From positions 142,042,001 through 142,106,000 of the forward strand of contig NC_043000.1 in the NCBI RefSeq assembly GCF_006345805.1: a stretch of 64,000 nucleotides of DNA. Reading direction: 5' to 3'. The translations under genes and the position numbers were made by a program. Below the pieces are notes generated by a model. The model did not search any database and was not told the origin of the DNA. It worked only from the letters and a program-made list of their open reading frames with translations. Of the stretch, positions 49,613-62,731 are shown piece after piece (position 1 is the stretch's first letter; each line of letters opens with the position of its first letter). This stretch comes from Octopus sinensis. Lineage: Eukaryota.

Positions 49613-52345
49613 TACATACATATCATCACACGCACACAGACGTTTCGAAAGGCTCAAGGGAGGAAATGATGGGAGGTTTTAATCTTTGTGCGTGTAGAAA
49701 AGCGTCAGAAATTATCTACATGTTATCAATTTTCTTGTGTTCTTTCTTCTAATTCTATTTTTTCTCATTTTTCTTTCTCTCATACTGGTTTTCTGTTGTT
49801 TCAAATTTCCAGGTCTTGACATAAAATGTTAGTGCATTTAAAAGAAAAAACAAAGAAAAAAGAATTCAAGAGACTGTTGAAATTATTGTGTGATGTAACT
49901 TTGTACAGAAACAAAAAAAAATGATAACTCATTCAGAACAAGAAATAATAAAAGCACGAATCGTGTAAAGCGTGCTTTGTGTATAAAGGTCGATGCCAAA
50001 AAGGAGAAAATAAATAGAGATACAAAGAAGTGGAACTAAAGAACTGAAAAACTAATATCAGATAAAACAGTAAAGTGGGCATCAATGGAATTGAATAGAG
50101 ATGAACTGCTAGAAAATATTATGAGCAAGTTGAAGGTGATTGAAAAAAAGTTCAAAATACTACTGCAGAACACAGTCGATATTGTACTATCAAATATTGA
50201 ATCTAAAATATATTAAAACAGATTTATAACGTGATTTAGACCTTCTTAATGTTACAATTCACTTATATAACTTAGTGATTAACTGCTTTAGTTTTACTGT
50301 TATTTACTTATTTTATTTCTTTTTAAGTTCTTTAACACAGATGTGCACTATAGATAAGACGTTTAAGTGTATCGCACGTGTTAAGTACTTGACTTCATGG
50401 GCAAAAGAAATTTATTTTGACACTTGCTAGTAGGATGCTCAAAGCATTTTAATCTATTATTCATATTACAGAGAAAGCGAGTAACTATTGCACTCGAACA
50501 AAATTTAATTTAAATATACAATCAAGTTGAATTTGACACAGTATCTCTCAAGGTGAATTATTTGTTTGAGATCCTGTGATACTGCCTTTTCCGTGTAATA
50601 TGAAACGAAATCATTCCAAAGTTAAGTATTCTAAACCAAAACAATGGTATAATCACTGTAATTCAAGAACACACACACACACAAACGCTCACACACACGC
50701 ACTCACATAGACACACAAAAATATATAAAAATCAGTCAGAGCTAACGTATATAAAATGCCTTCGAATTTTCATAAGTGAATGAGATGAAAGAGTTATTAA
50801 TTCATTTAATCTTTTTTTGTTTGTGTTGCTATATGTGAATCGACATCCGTCTGTTATATATACTTAAGTACGCATATACATGCATACATTCGTACATACG
50901 TCCGTAAGTACTTATCCACCTACCTACCAAACTACCTACCTACCTCCCTACCTACCTACCTACCTACCTACCTACCTACCTACCTCTCCCCTTCCCTTTC
51001 TCTTACTCCTCATCCCCTGTCCCGTCGCTGGTCAGCGATGAGGGAACTACTGTCTTTTCTGACCTTGCTTCACCCGAGTGTAGACAGCATTTTCTGTGGC
51101 TCCTTCGCCGTTCTCAAAAATAACGTTCGTAATATTTTTATCTCGTTTGGCTTAACAGCCCTTCTTGTCTGTGTTACTGTTATTCTCCTTGTCCTGTCTT
51201 TTACTGTTTTTATTCTGTACTGTCTTGTTTTTGTTACCATTTTTACCCCTCCGCAAAAACATCTCAAATTTTATTTAATTTGCTTTTCGCGGGAAGGAAC
51301 GTTTCACAGAAGTCAAGTCTTGCCTTCACCTTCGAAACGGGAGTAGACGAAACCATGGCGACTGAAGAAGGGGAATTTTCCTTGTGTTATATGTCCTGTA
51401 CTCTATTTTTTCGTTGTTTAAGCAAAATGTCCAGTTCCTTGGTTTTGTGTTTATGTTTTCGGTTCTCATTGTGTTCGACGTTTTTTTTTTGGTGTCCTGT
51501 ACCCATATATGCATGTATATATACATGTAGATGTAGGTAGGTACATATATGTATGTATATATGCATATGTTTTATTTATTAATTTGTTATTACATACATA
51601 CATTAATTCATACATATGTATGTATGCACGTACGTACATACATAGCTCAGTTCAACACATGGGAGTTAGACGGAAAATATGTACTGGAGTTTAATTAAGG
51701 TATCATTTGATAAATAGTAGGCTTTTCCTTAAACTCCAGTTTGCTGTCTGATGAATCAAGCAATATCTATGAAAGCCAGCATCTGTCATTACAACAACTA
51801 AACTCATTCGGGTTAGTCAGATGCATTGTATGGATATGTCGTAGTTCAGAAATATTAACAACTGCAGAGCATAGAGAAAGGGCGATCATATAATCCCGAC
51901 AAGTGTTAATCAGGGAGCAACTACTCCACAGCAAGTCTAATGTGCGGTGTTAATTTGATTTCTGCAACTTTTAGAATAGATATAAAAAAAAGTAATTTTG
52001 TTTTGGGTTCTTGTGAAGTATAGGATGGCGTTATCGGTGATTGTCTATTTTACGAAAGGACGAAATAGTTTTTTTCTACACTCTGAGCTAAAGCCGAAAG
52101 CAAAAATGGAATATTAGAAGCAAAAAAATTGCAAAAACACTAATCATTTTCCTGTCTGAGTTACGTACCAAATTATTATCCCCTTCTACGTTGATCTCTT
52201 CATGTTAGGAAATGGTGTAGAAACGGGAGTGTTTATTATGTTTTAAAATTTTTAAGGAAACGACACGTTAAATATATATATCTATGAAACATCGCATGTA
52301 TATGTGTGCGGGTGTTTTTGTGTGCATGGATATATTTATATATAT

Positions 52346-52379
<34 letters not shown>

Positions 52380-53639
52380 ATATATATATATATATGTATG
52401 TATGTATACATATATGTATGTGTGTGTCCGAGCGTGAGCACATGTATGGATGTATGAGTGAACGAACATGTTTGTGTACTTACAGGCCGTATCTTAAAGG
52501 TCAGATAATCGTATGTGTAACCAACCACGAAGAAGAGATCAATAGTACAAAGGGGCAAAATGCCAATCCCTTTAAAACGGCAACTACTTTAACAGTAGTA
52601 GAATCACCATTCCACTACATCTACACATTCAAAGCAGTTTGCCAACGGTCCTTCAGCAACAACACAATATGATAAACTCAATGACTACTACTAAATTCAG
52701 GTCACGATCACCCATATCCATATGCATGCGTGTGTATACACGCCGCAAAGAGTGGGTAAAAACACCCATTGTGAGCACAATTACACAAATACTTTCCCTT
52801 ACAGTTTCCCATAATTTTGCGTTGTTTTACAATACATTTACAAAATAGCGAGATTTTGCACATCGGTATATCTGGTCAAAAGAGAGAAGAGCAACTCCTA
52901 GTGTGTCGTGTGTAAATCTCAATTAGTCCTACAGTTATTACTCAGGGTAGGAATTATTACCCTCGAGTAAATTGGACACTGAAACAACTAATCAAGTTGT
53001 CAGTTCCTTGCGTTATTTACAGTATACACCTAATAAATCTATACACCCAATGCTAAAGCTTTATATTCATACATTATACTTGCTAACCACTAACATTCCT
53101 CTACTCACCCCTTTAACTCCTACTTTTTTTTATATATATACTTTTCATGCTGAAATCATTTAAAATAATCCAGCTCAGCTACGTATAGGAACAATATGTG
53201 TGCTTTCCAAATAGTCCATTTCTTTACAGTACGAATAGCATTACATAATTTAAGAATAGTATAAGCACCTGGGTATGACTATGAACTACATCAGCTAGAG
53301 GTACCCTGGGCCCTGGTTTCAGTGTTTGAGGGTTGTGGGACCACCTCTTAGCCGCTATTGTTCCTAGGTCTTCTCTGGCCCTGACTGGTAGTACCTGTAA
53401 GGGCCCAGTTATGGGTTAACTAGCAAAGCCCCCTGCGATTGGTGGGGAGATCGGTAGAATGCAGTTGCCGTATTCCCAGCATGGTGTAAGAGGCGAATAA
53501 AAGGGGCAGCAGCAAGGGGACTGCAAATCCTCTCCGCCTAGTTAATCCATATTCCTAAAAAGAGAGCAACGAAAAGACAAGGGGTGAGAGAAGGTTACCA
53601 CAAAATATTATCCTAATTCTAAGGTCATGACTAATCTAG

Positions 53640-55973
53640 AACACTTTTCTCTTAACATTTTTTCACTTTGGAAATTGTGTTGGCCACCTTCCATATATTT
53701 GTTACGAATCTTAAAAATTTTTGTGGGGCTACCAAAGCCGTGACTTCCTTATTCGATTTTCTAAGGGCTATCTTCAATGTGTCGACAAAGCGTTCTGTCT
53801 ATCCATTACATATTGGATGGTATGGTGTTGTAGATAAATGTTCTGCGAACGTTTCGCAAAAGTTTTGAAATTCTGTAGACCCAAATTGTGTTTCATTGTC
53901 AGACACAATCTTGTCTGGGATGTCAAATTTTGCTAACATTTCGTTTAAATAATTCATCAATGTTGCGGGGGTTGGTGTTTTATACTTACAAATTTCTGGC
54001 CATTTCGATAACCTATGAACAACCACTAAGTAGTAATAACCGTTTAAATGACCAGCAACATCGATGTGTATTCTCGACCAGGGAACAATGTTTACTTTTT
54101 ATCGTGAGTAATTTTCATTTCGCTTTGCCTTACATGCTGCTGTTCCACTTTCCTTTACTGCAATTTTCTGCTTAAGTCCTTCGGCCGTATTTGAACTTTT
54201 GACTGACACAACTATATTTCCACACATAAAACTCATGGGCGTATCTCAAGATTTGAAGAGTTCCATCCATTCTGTACTAAATAGATTAAGTGAATCTTTT
54301 AATATATATATATATATATCTTTGCCCTTTTCTAATGACCTGGAAATGTTACATAAAATAGGAATCGACCGAGAAACTATAATCTTTTCCCCCAACAACT
54401 TTTTTTAGATTTAATGAATTTCGGCTTACCATAATATTTCCAAGTTTTTTCGTTTATTATGGCGATATCACTTCCAGTGTCTAATTTCATTTTAACACTT
54501 ATATTTCTGATTTTCACTTTCACAAATGTCCTTATCTTTGTATTACCAATTTCTTCCGATAACATACTATTTACACTTTTTCCTTTCTTCTGAAGTTTTA
54601 TCTTCATTATACAGTGCGTCTTTATATGTCCGATATTACCACAACTAAAACACTCAGCTTTCTTAAATGGACAATTTTTCCTGAAGTGTACATCTCTTCC
54701 TGCAAAACATGGGTTTATTTCTTGATTTTTGTCGTGAATTTTTAGAAAACACTTTATCTCTATTCTGATTATTTCGCACTTACTTTACTTGGAAATAAAC
54801 TTACTTCCAATTCAATCGTCTTAATTTGACTATCCTTTCACATTCTTCTGAAACTTACTGTACGGTTACATCCTGGTTTTGTTCTAGCTTTGCGAGAATT
54901 TTAGTTCTAACTTTTGCGTCCTTTTCAGCAGTATTTCGCTGTGCAAAACTCACGCATTTAAACATATCTGACGTTGATTCGTCCTGCTTAAACGTCTCGC
55001 ATTCCCTGTTTACTCTACAAGCATATATGATGTAGTCTTCGTCATTGTTTTTCTTTATGTACAGACACTTCCGTCGCATGTTGAACTATGAGCTTTTTAC
55101 ATTGAAAAGTTTACACAGTATATCTATTGTGTCATTAAAGTTTATGTCCGAAAGTTTTCTTGGAAATACATAATTACTATATCATTCATACTCTGTTGCC
55201 GCCGCCGGTTTTCTCAAGATTAAGCGCGTTTTCATCTCGTCGTCTCAGTCTTTACATTCTTTCTCTAGGATTTGCTCATATCTTCCTTACTATGCTTCGT
55301 ATGCAGCTCCTTCATCAGGTTCATATCTGAACTCTGTTACGGAGTTCGCGATATAGCGTAACGAGAACACTTTTTCTGAAGTTCCTAACGACTTCATTAA
55401 TTGCAGCATTTTTTGCAGTAATAGTAATTATTGTTGTTGTTGTTCTTTCAGTTGTTTTTGCTTCAGCTGTTGTTCTTTCAGTTGTAGCTGCTACTGTTGT
55501 TGTTCTTTCAGTTGCTGTTGTTGCTGTTTTAGCAACTCGAGCAAACCAGCCGAGAAATTTTCTATAAGTTTTCGTAAAATTCGCACAACAAAAACTTGGT
55601 TTGTTAACTTCTCGTAAGTTGTTAATTCATCGTGATTGGTTATTTCATCGTTGAGATTATTAACTCCACGTGAGTTGCTACAATCCTCATCGTATTTATT
55701 AATTCCTCCTGAGTTGTTTAAATCCTCTTCACTACTGTTTTAATCCTTAAAATTTTTGGATTGTTACAACATCCACTTCGGTATGCAATACTACATACTC
55801 CGGTACATCACGTATTTCTCTTTACTTATAGTGAGTAGGTTATTCCATTATTTACGTGCGATGGGCGTACCATTATTACTAATTCCCTACAACAATATAT
55901 CAATATATTACCGATGTCACAAGAGTGTTTGTGATAGTGCGTTATACGTAGCTACGACTGTGGTGTATTTACA
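53640..55973 (-). mobile_element. Degraded Ty3/Gypsy LTR retrotransposon with RT/RNase H deleted
   Basis: Minus-strand remnants in order: Q-rich gag start, 'ANSVTEFRYEPDEG', zinc knuckle 'CFSCGNIGHIKTHC', protease 'MKLDTGSDIAII', integrase core 'IVSDNETQFGSTEFQNFC..TTPYHPICNG'. No RT motifs between protease and integrase. Confidence 0.85.
55762..55973 (-). repeat. Putative 5' LTR of the Gypsy relic
   Basis: TGT...ACA termini on the minus strand, upstream of gag; no second copy or clear primer-binding site found. Confidence 0.4.
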
Positions 55974-56847
55974 TTGATTAGCACGCATGAGCCGTCCTCC
56001 TTTTACAAAGTGTAATAATTATAGATCTAATTCACTTCGAATTTTTCCAAACTATAAAGGTAACAAGATTCATAAGGCCTCACTCCGCATCCCTAAATAT
56101 TCTCAGGTAATAACCATTTTTATTTCTCACCAGACTTACCACGGTAAGCTTAGGAAGTGCTTATTCTTTTGGATCTTAGAAACGAAGTAATTTTAGTATG
56201 ATTTAATATGTAGGCTTGCTTGCGTGGTTTTGTGCGCATGCATATGCACTGTGCGGATATATGTGTGTAAACATATACACATACTCACACACATAAATAC
56301 ACACACGCTCACACACATATATGTATATATAATCTTGATATAAAAGGTGAAGTTAACGACCTGTATTTGGTGTAGGATTTAGTCGTATAAAATTATTTGA
56401 AATACGTTTAGACCTCCTAAAGTATTCGCGCTTATGATCTACTAGGTAACCTACTTCAAAAACAGCGAAGCATGAATAAATAATAACTTAAAGATTGCTT
56501 CTCCATCACACAAACATACAAACACACACACTAACACGTATATACATACACAAACTCACTCACAAGCATATGCATATTCAAGAATCCGTGTATGCATATG
56601 TGTGTTTGAGGATACAAACGACACTGAAAATTTCGCAACACAACGTTGAAAGACAACCGAATATAAATATACATACATACGTACATATATATATGCATAT
56701 ATATATAGAGAGAGTTATATATATGTATGTATATATATATACATATATATATACATATACATATATACATATACATATATGTATGTATATATATATATAT
56801 ATATATACATATATACATATACGTATACATATATACATATACATATA

Positions 56848-56904
<57 letters not shown>

Positions 56905-57938
56905 CAAATCATATAATGACCTGTGTGAAAATAGCAGAATTTGAAAGAAGTAATATTAACGTTTATAATCGAGGTACAGAAAATATATTTATGTGGCGAA
57001 AATAGAGAATGTAATATTCATACCTTATTGATACGTATGAAAATATCCTTTATCTATTTATTCGTTAGCATACTTTAATCTCTCCATCCATACACTTTTA
57101 CTTTCTTCTTTTTGAGAACATCAAATTCTATTGGAATGCTTTTGAAGTAATTCTAAATTCATCTATTATTTGAAACTGAAAACTTGCAAGAAAGAGACAT
57201 TATGCAAATGAGTTTGTTATACCAAGTTTCTTCCGAAATATATCGAATGTATATGACAGCAACAATTGCCGCAATAAAGCCGACGTCGGTTATGTGGCTT
57301 TGATTTAGACACTAGGTTGTGTATTATAGAGAAAAAAAAAATGGTGATTTTTTATATATTCCTGACTGTCTGAATACCATTATTTGCGTAAAAATTAAAA
57401 TAAAACGCAAACAAGAGTTTTCTATGTCACAGACTTTGTTCGGCACTGTGGTCAACGAGATTTGTGCCCAATTTAAATATTGGCGAATAGCCATATCTTT
57501 TATAAGACTCATTTCATTAAGTGTACTTGAGTATAATGATAGTTATTATTCTACCAAACCCACATATAATGGAATATAATGTCAATCTGCTAAGGTTTGA
57601 CATCAGAACCTAATGAAGCATAAATATAAATACTTTAAGTTATTTTACCCAATCTTCTCTTTAACAACAACAACAACACCAACAGCAGCAGTAACAAGAA
57701 CAAGAACAACAAGAACAGCGACGACAAAAAACAGAAGAGCAGTAGTAGCAGCAAGAAAATTAGTGTCAAATTTCGGCACAGACCCAGCGGCATTTCAGCT
57801 GAAGTCTTCATCGATCACGTTGACTTCATACACAATCGGTACTTATTCTATCGACCCCGAATGACGAAAGGCGAAGTGAACCCTTAAGAAGGAAGAAATG
57901 CCGCTAGACGATTTCTCCGGCGTGCCTTAAGTTCTACC

Positions 57939-57941
57939 ATG

Positions 57942-58007
<66 letters not shown>

Positions 58008-58075
58008 TACTACTACTACTACTATTACTACTACTACTACTACTGCTGCTGCTGTACTGCCACTGCTTCTACTAT

Positions 58076-58110
<35 letters not shown>

Positions 58111-58129
58111 TTAATAATAATAATAATCC

Positions 58130-58160
<31 letters not shown>
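57939..58160. repeat. (CTA)n-(TAA)n microsatellite
   Basis: Directly visible. Confidence 0.95.
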
Positions 58161-58161
<1 letters not shown>

Positions 58162-58821
58162 GAGCAGTACAGTATATTCACTGGGTGATTTGCGTAAAAT
58201 TGGACCTGCTCATGCTAAAAACTGGTGGGAACATAAAACACCTCCAGTGCTTGAAAAGGACCACATCGCATTCCTCTAGAACTTCACTGTACAGATTGAC
58301 AGAAAGATAGATGCGAATAGGCCAGACAAAAACCATGCCACTTAATTGATATGACTATCCCAATCGACATAAATGTATCCGCCAAGACCTACCAAAAACT
58401 GAGCAAGTATAAATATATTGAAATAGAAATTGGCAAAATGTGAGATCCTAAGACTAAAACAATACCTGTTGTCCTAGGAATGATAGCAAGAGGGGTTGAA
58501 TTCTACCTAGTTCAGATACCTGCAAATTAAAAAAATGCCAGAAATTTTTAAAATACTAGCCATGGGAACTGCCCATATCCTACGTAAATCACTGCCTATG
58601 TAATCTCAAGAGATAACACAAAATTTTAATTTTCTTATGTTTTCTTAAACATTCACAAGAACAATAATTTGTGCAAAACCAAATATATTATACCCTAGTC
58701 ATATCACTAACTTGAACTTCAAACTTGTTGCCTCTTGAAGTTTCTGGATGAGACTTGGAGTCAACTTGAACAAATACAATGCAAAAGTCAAATATAAAAT
58801 AATAATAATATTATGATGATG

Positions 58822-58884
<63 letters not shown>

Positions 58885-59557
58885 TAATAATAATAATAAT
58901 AATAATAATAGAGCAGTACAGTATATTCACTGGATAATTTGCGTAAAATTGGACCTGCTCATGCTAAAAACTGGTGGGAACATAAAACACCTCCGGTGCT
59001 TGAAAAGGACCACATCGCATTCCTCTAGAACTTCACTGTACAGATTGACAGAAAGATAGATGCGAATAGGCCAGACAAAAACCATGCCACTTAATTGATA
59101 TGACTATCCCAATCGACATAAATGTATCCGCCAAGACCTACCAAAAACTGAGCAAGTATAATTATATTGAAATAGAGATTGGAAAAATGTGAGATCCCAA
59201 GACTAAAACAATACCTATTGTCCTAGGTGCCCAAGGAATGATCGCAAGAGGGGTTGAATTCTACCTAGTTCAGATACCTGCAAATTAAAAAATGCCAGAA
59301 ATTTTTAAAATACTGGCCATGGGAACTGCCCATATCCTACGTAAATCTCTGCCTATGTAATCTCAAGAGTTAACAAAAAATTTTAATTTTCTTATGTTTT
59401 CTTAAACATTCACAAGATCAATAATTTGTGCAAAACCAAATATATTGCACCCTAGTCATAGCACTAAATTGAACTTCAAACTTGTTGCCTCTTGAGGTTT
59501 CTGGGTGAGACTTGGAGCCAACATGTACAAATACAATGCAAAAGTCAAACATAAAAT
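58161..59557 (+). mobile_element. Tandem pair of R4/Dong-type RLE LINE 3' fragments separated by (TAA)n
   Basis: Units 58161-58800 and 58910-59557 start at the same base (AGAGCAGTACAGTATATTCACTGG). They encode 'QYIHW', 'DRKIDANRPD' and 'LIDMTIPIDINVSAKTYQKLSKY' and end in (TAA)n. Confidence 0.85.
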
Positions 59558-59595
59558 AATAATACTAATAATAGTAATAATAATAATAATAATAA

Positions 59596-60132
59596 TAAAA
59601 AGAAGAAGAAGAAGAAGAAGGAGGAGGAGGAGGAGAAGAAGAAGTAGAAGAAGAAGAAGAAGGAGGAGAGGAGGAGAAGAAGAATGATGATGATGAGGAG
59701 GAGGAGGAGGAGAAGAAGAAGTAGAAGTAGAAGAAGAAGAAGAAGAAGAAGGAGGAGAAGAAGAAGAATGATGATGATGAGGAGGAGGAGAAGAAGAAGA
59801 AGAAGAAGAAGAAGTAGAAGAAGAAGGAGGAGAAGAAGAAGAAGAAGTAGAAGAAGAAGAAGAAGAAGAGGAGGAGAAGAAGAAGAATGATGATGATGAT
59901 GAGGAGGAGGAGAGAAGAAGAAGAATGATGATGATGATGAGGAGGAGGAGGAGAAGAAGAAGAAGAAGAAGAAGAAGCAGAAGGAAGAGAAGAAGAAGAA
60001 GAATGATGATGATGAGGAGGAGGAGAAGAAGAAGAGGTAGAAGAAGAAGAAGAAGAAGAAGAAGAAGAAGAAGAAGAAGGAGGAGGAGAAGAAGAAGAAG
60101 AAGAAGAAGAAGAAGGAAAAGAAGAAGAAGAA
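59596..60132. repeat. Long purine-rich compound (GAA/GGA/GAT)n microsatellite
   Basis: Directly visible; recurring blocks such as GAAGAAGAATGATGATGATGAGGAGGAGGAGAAG. Confidence 0.95.
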
Positions 60133-60189
60133 AATATATCTGTTCTAATATAGAACGACAGAGATACGAGGTGAAGTCGGTGATTATAG

Positions 60190-60470
60190 AGCTATTATAA
60201 GCTTACCGTTGCTTTGAGAAATATTAGCTGACGTCGGAACAGATGAATTGTGTAGCATTCTGGAGAAAAATATATTACCAGAGGAGCAAAACAGATGATA
60301 AAAGAAATGACAGGGAACTGCTGATCTCTTCTATATCGATATAATGTTATTAAACTCACTTAATAACATTCTTATTTCTAGCTCACAAATAAGGAGGAAC
60401 TGTTGGTTAGATATAATACAAGGAAACCTAAGATAATATTCCATATTGTTGGGTCTTAAGGCCTTTCGTG
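60190..60470 (+). mobile_element. R4-type LINE RT N-terminal fragment (degraded)
   Basis: 'LEKNILPEEQ', 'GTADLFYID' and 'DNIPYCWV' resemble the LPEEQKG, GTKDQLLID and YDSVPHSWI motifs. Confidence 0.55.
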
Positions 60471-60624
60471 AACACTCGAGGCCAATGAAAAAGAAAACTA
60501 AGTTTACATGTCTGTCTATCTATATATCTATCTATCTATATATATATATATATACATATATATATGTATATATGTATGTATGTATGTATGCACGTATGTG
60601 TGTGTATACGTATATATATATATG

Positions 60625-60672
<48 letters not shown>

Positions 60673-61374
60673 CCTATATATATATGTATGTATGTGTATA
60701 TATATATATTTATATTTATATATATATGCATACATATAGATACACACACAATTGGTTACGATCGAATCTTTCCAAAGATGCTCAGTATGACAAACACGTG
60801 GTAGTATTCAAAGGATTTGAACTTACATTCCGACGCCTTTATCGAGGACAATGTCTGCGAGGTAAAGGAGTGGGTAGAAGAGAAATCGAAGTGACCAGAT
60901 ATGAAGACAGCTTTCCATTAAGGCATGCTTGGGTTTGATGTATGAAATATACATTCATGTAGATAAATATATAGGGATAGGTAGTAAGAGAATCAAAACG
61001 GGAAAATATTGAGCAGATGAACACGTTAGATATTTATGTCTTTTACAGCTCTGGGAAAGAAAGGAACTGTTTTAAAACGGTTGACTAATGGCAACCGTGT
61101 CTGTTCACTATAATGGAAAATATGGAAATGCAGCTGTCTCAGTGCTTGTCTGCACATCATTAGCCAACTCATGCATAGTTCTCAACCACGCGCGAGTTGA
61201 CAGAAAACAAATCGTCTGTTTTACGGAACGCTTCTTTCACAGAAGTCAAAATTGGACTTTAACAGATGACGAACTCCTTCCCCATCTCTAGGTGCAAATT
61301 AGTCTTAGTACATTTTAAATTCCCTGACTCTCGTGCGATCTCCAACTTTGGAAAATGTGTGAAAAGTGGGGGCT

Positions 61375-62290
61375 AGAGAGAGAGACAAGATGTGGTAAAG
61401 CACAGACCGCAGAGAGTTGCAGAGTCGGATACCAATAAAATCGTCTGGGATTATCCAATCCAAACCGATCAGGTGGTATTCATACATATAGTGGTAGTGG
61501 ACAAGGTGCACCACATATGCTATATAATTGATGTTGCATGCTATATAATCAATGATGTATGTCTCTTTGACACATGAAGAGTTAAGAAGGAAGACGAAAA
61601 GATAGATATATAGAACCCTGTTAAGTAAGAAATTGCCCTGCTATGGAAAAAGAAGCAGGTGTAAATAGTGGTAATTGTTATAAGGTTCTTGAGAACATTA
61701 TCAGAAGGCATGAAGGGGAATATACAGAAAATTGTAATAGAGTGCCCAGTAGAACTGTTTCAAAAGGTTGACCTTCCTGGCACGGCAAGAATAATGAGGA
61801 AAGTATTAGATAGCTGAAAAGAACGAAGATCATGGTACCTTAGGCTGTAGGTAGTAGGCCCGCTACGTATGCAAGAATCCAGGAGCTCCAAGAAAACCAG
61901 TGATAAAGAGACGATGATGATGATGATAGAGAAAAATACTGTCGAGCCATTGATGTAGCCATACCAACTGACGTGAATGTTGTGAGTAAAGAGGTTGAAA
62001 AAATCATCAATTACTCCGAATTGAAAGTGGAAATGGCAAGACTGTATGGAATGCTAGAGGCTAATGTGAAAGTGATACCAGTGGTAATCGGAGCGTTTGG
62101 GCTCAATCCCATTGAAACTTCAAGACTTCTTAAGTGAACTGGAAATCACATGCAAGATTAATAATGTCTTGGAAAAAGCAGCCTTATCGGACACAACGCA
62201 CATCTAAAGGAAAGTGTTATCTGTCTGAGGTACTTATTGTGACTTGACAGATGACTAAAAACTCCGGTGCATTTTTACCTACACTGTGTT
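61375..62290 (+). mobile_element. Two adjacent R4/Dong-type RLE LINE 3' fragments
   Basis: First: 'KHRPQRVAESDTNKIVWDYPIQTDQV..IVVVDK' to 'RKVLDS*' (61817). Second: 'IDVAIPTDVNVVSKEVEKIINYSELKVEMARL..KVIPVVIGA' to 'RKVLSV*' (62228), followed by (AAC)n. Confidence 0.8.
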
Positions 62291-62300
62291 ACAAAGGAAT

Positions 62301-62331
<31 letters not shown>

Positions 62332-62672
62332 ACAACGATAGCAATACCAACAACAATACCAACAATGACAACAGCAACAACAACAACAATAATATTAATA
62401 ATAATAATGTTTTGAAATTTCGGTACAAGGCCAGCTGTTTCGGGAAAGTGGGTAAATCGATTACATTGACCTTGGTATCAGAACTTAAATGATATTTATT
62501 TTATCAACCATGAAATGATGGAATTTGAACTCACAACATAAACCTGGACAAAATGCCACTAAGCATTTTTACCTGGCGTGCAAACGACTCTGGAGGCTCA
62601 CTGCGTTCATAACAACAAAAACAACGACGACGAAGACAATGACGTTGACGACGACGGCGACGACGATGAGTG

Positions 62673-62731
<59 letters not shown>

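Noticed and set aside
49810-50220. A-rich segment that looks like decayed coding sequence (MELNRDELLENIMSKLK..)
   Set aside because: Multiple stops, no recognisable domain, and shorter than the ORF track threshold.
55281-55322. Minus-strand CTGATGA...GAAGC...GTA hammerhead-like motif
   Set aside because: Stems I and II do not pair, GAAA is altered, and the sequence is explained by Gypsy gag coding (YEPDEG).
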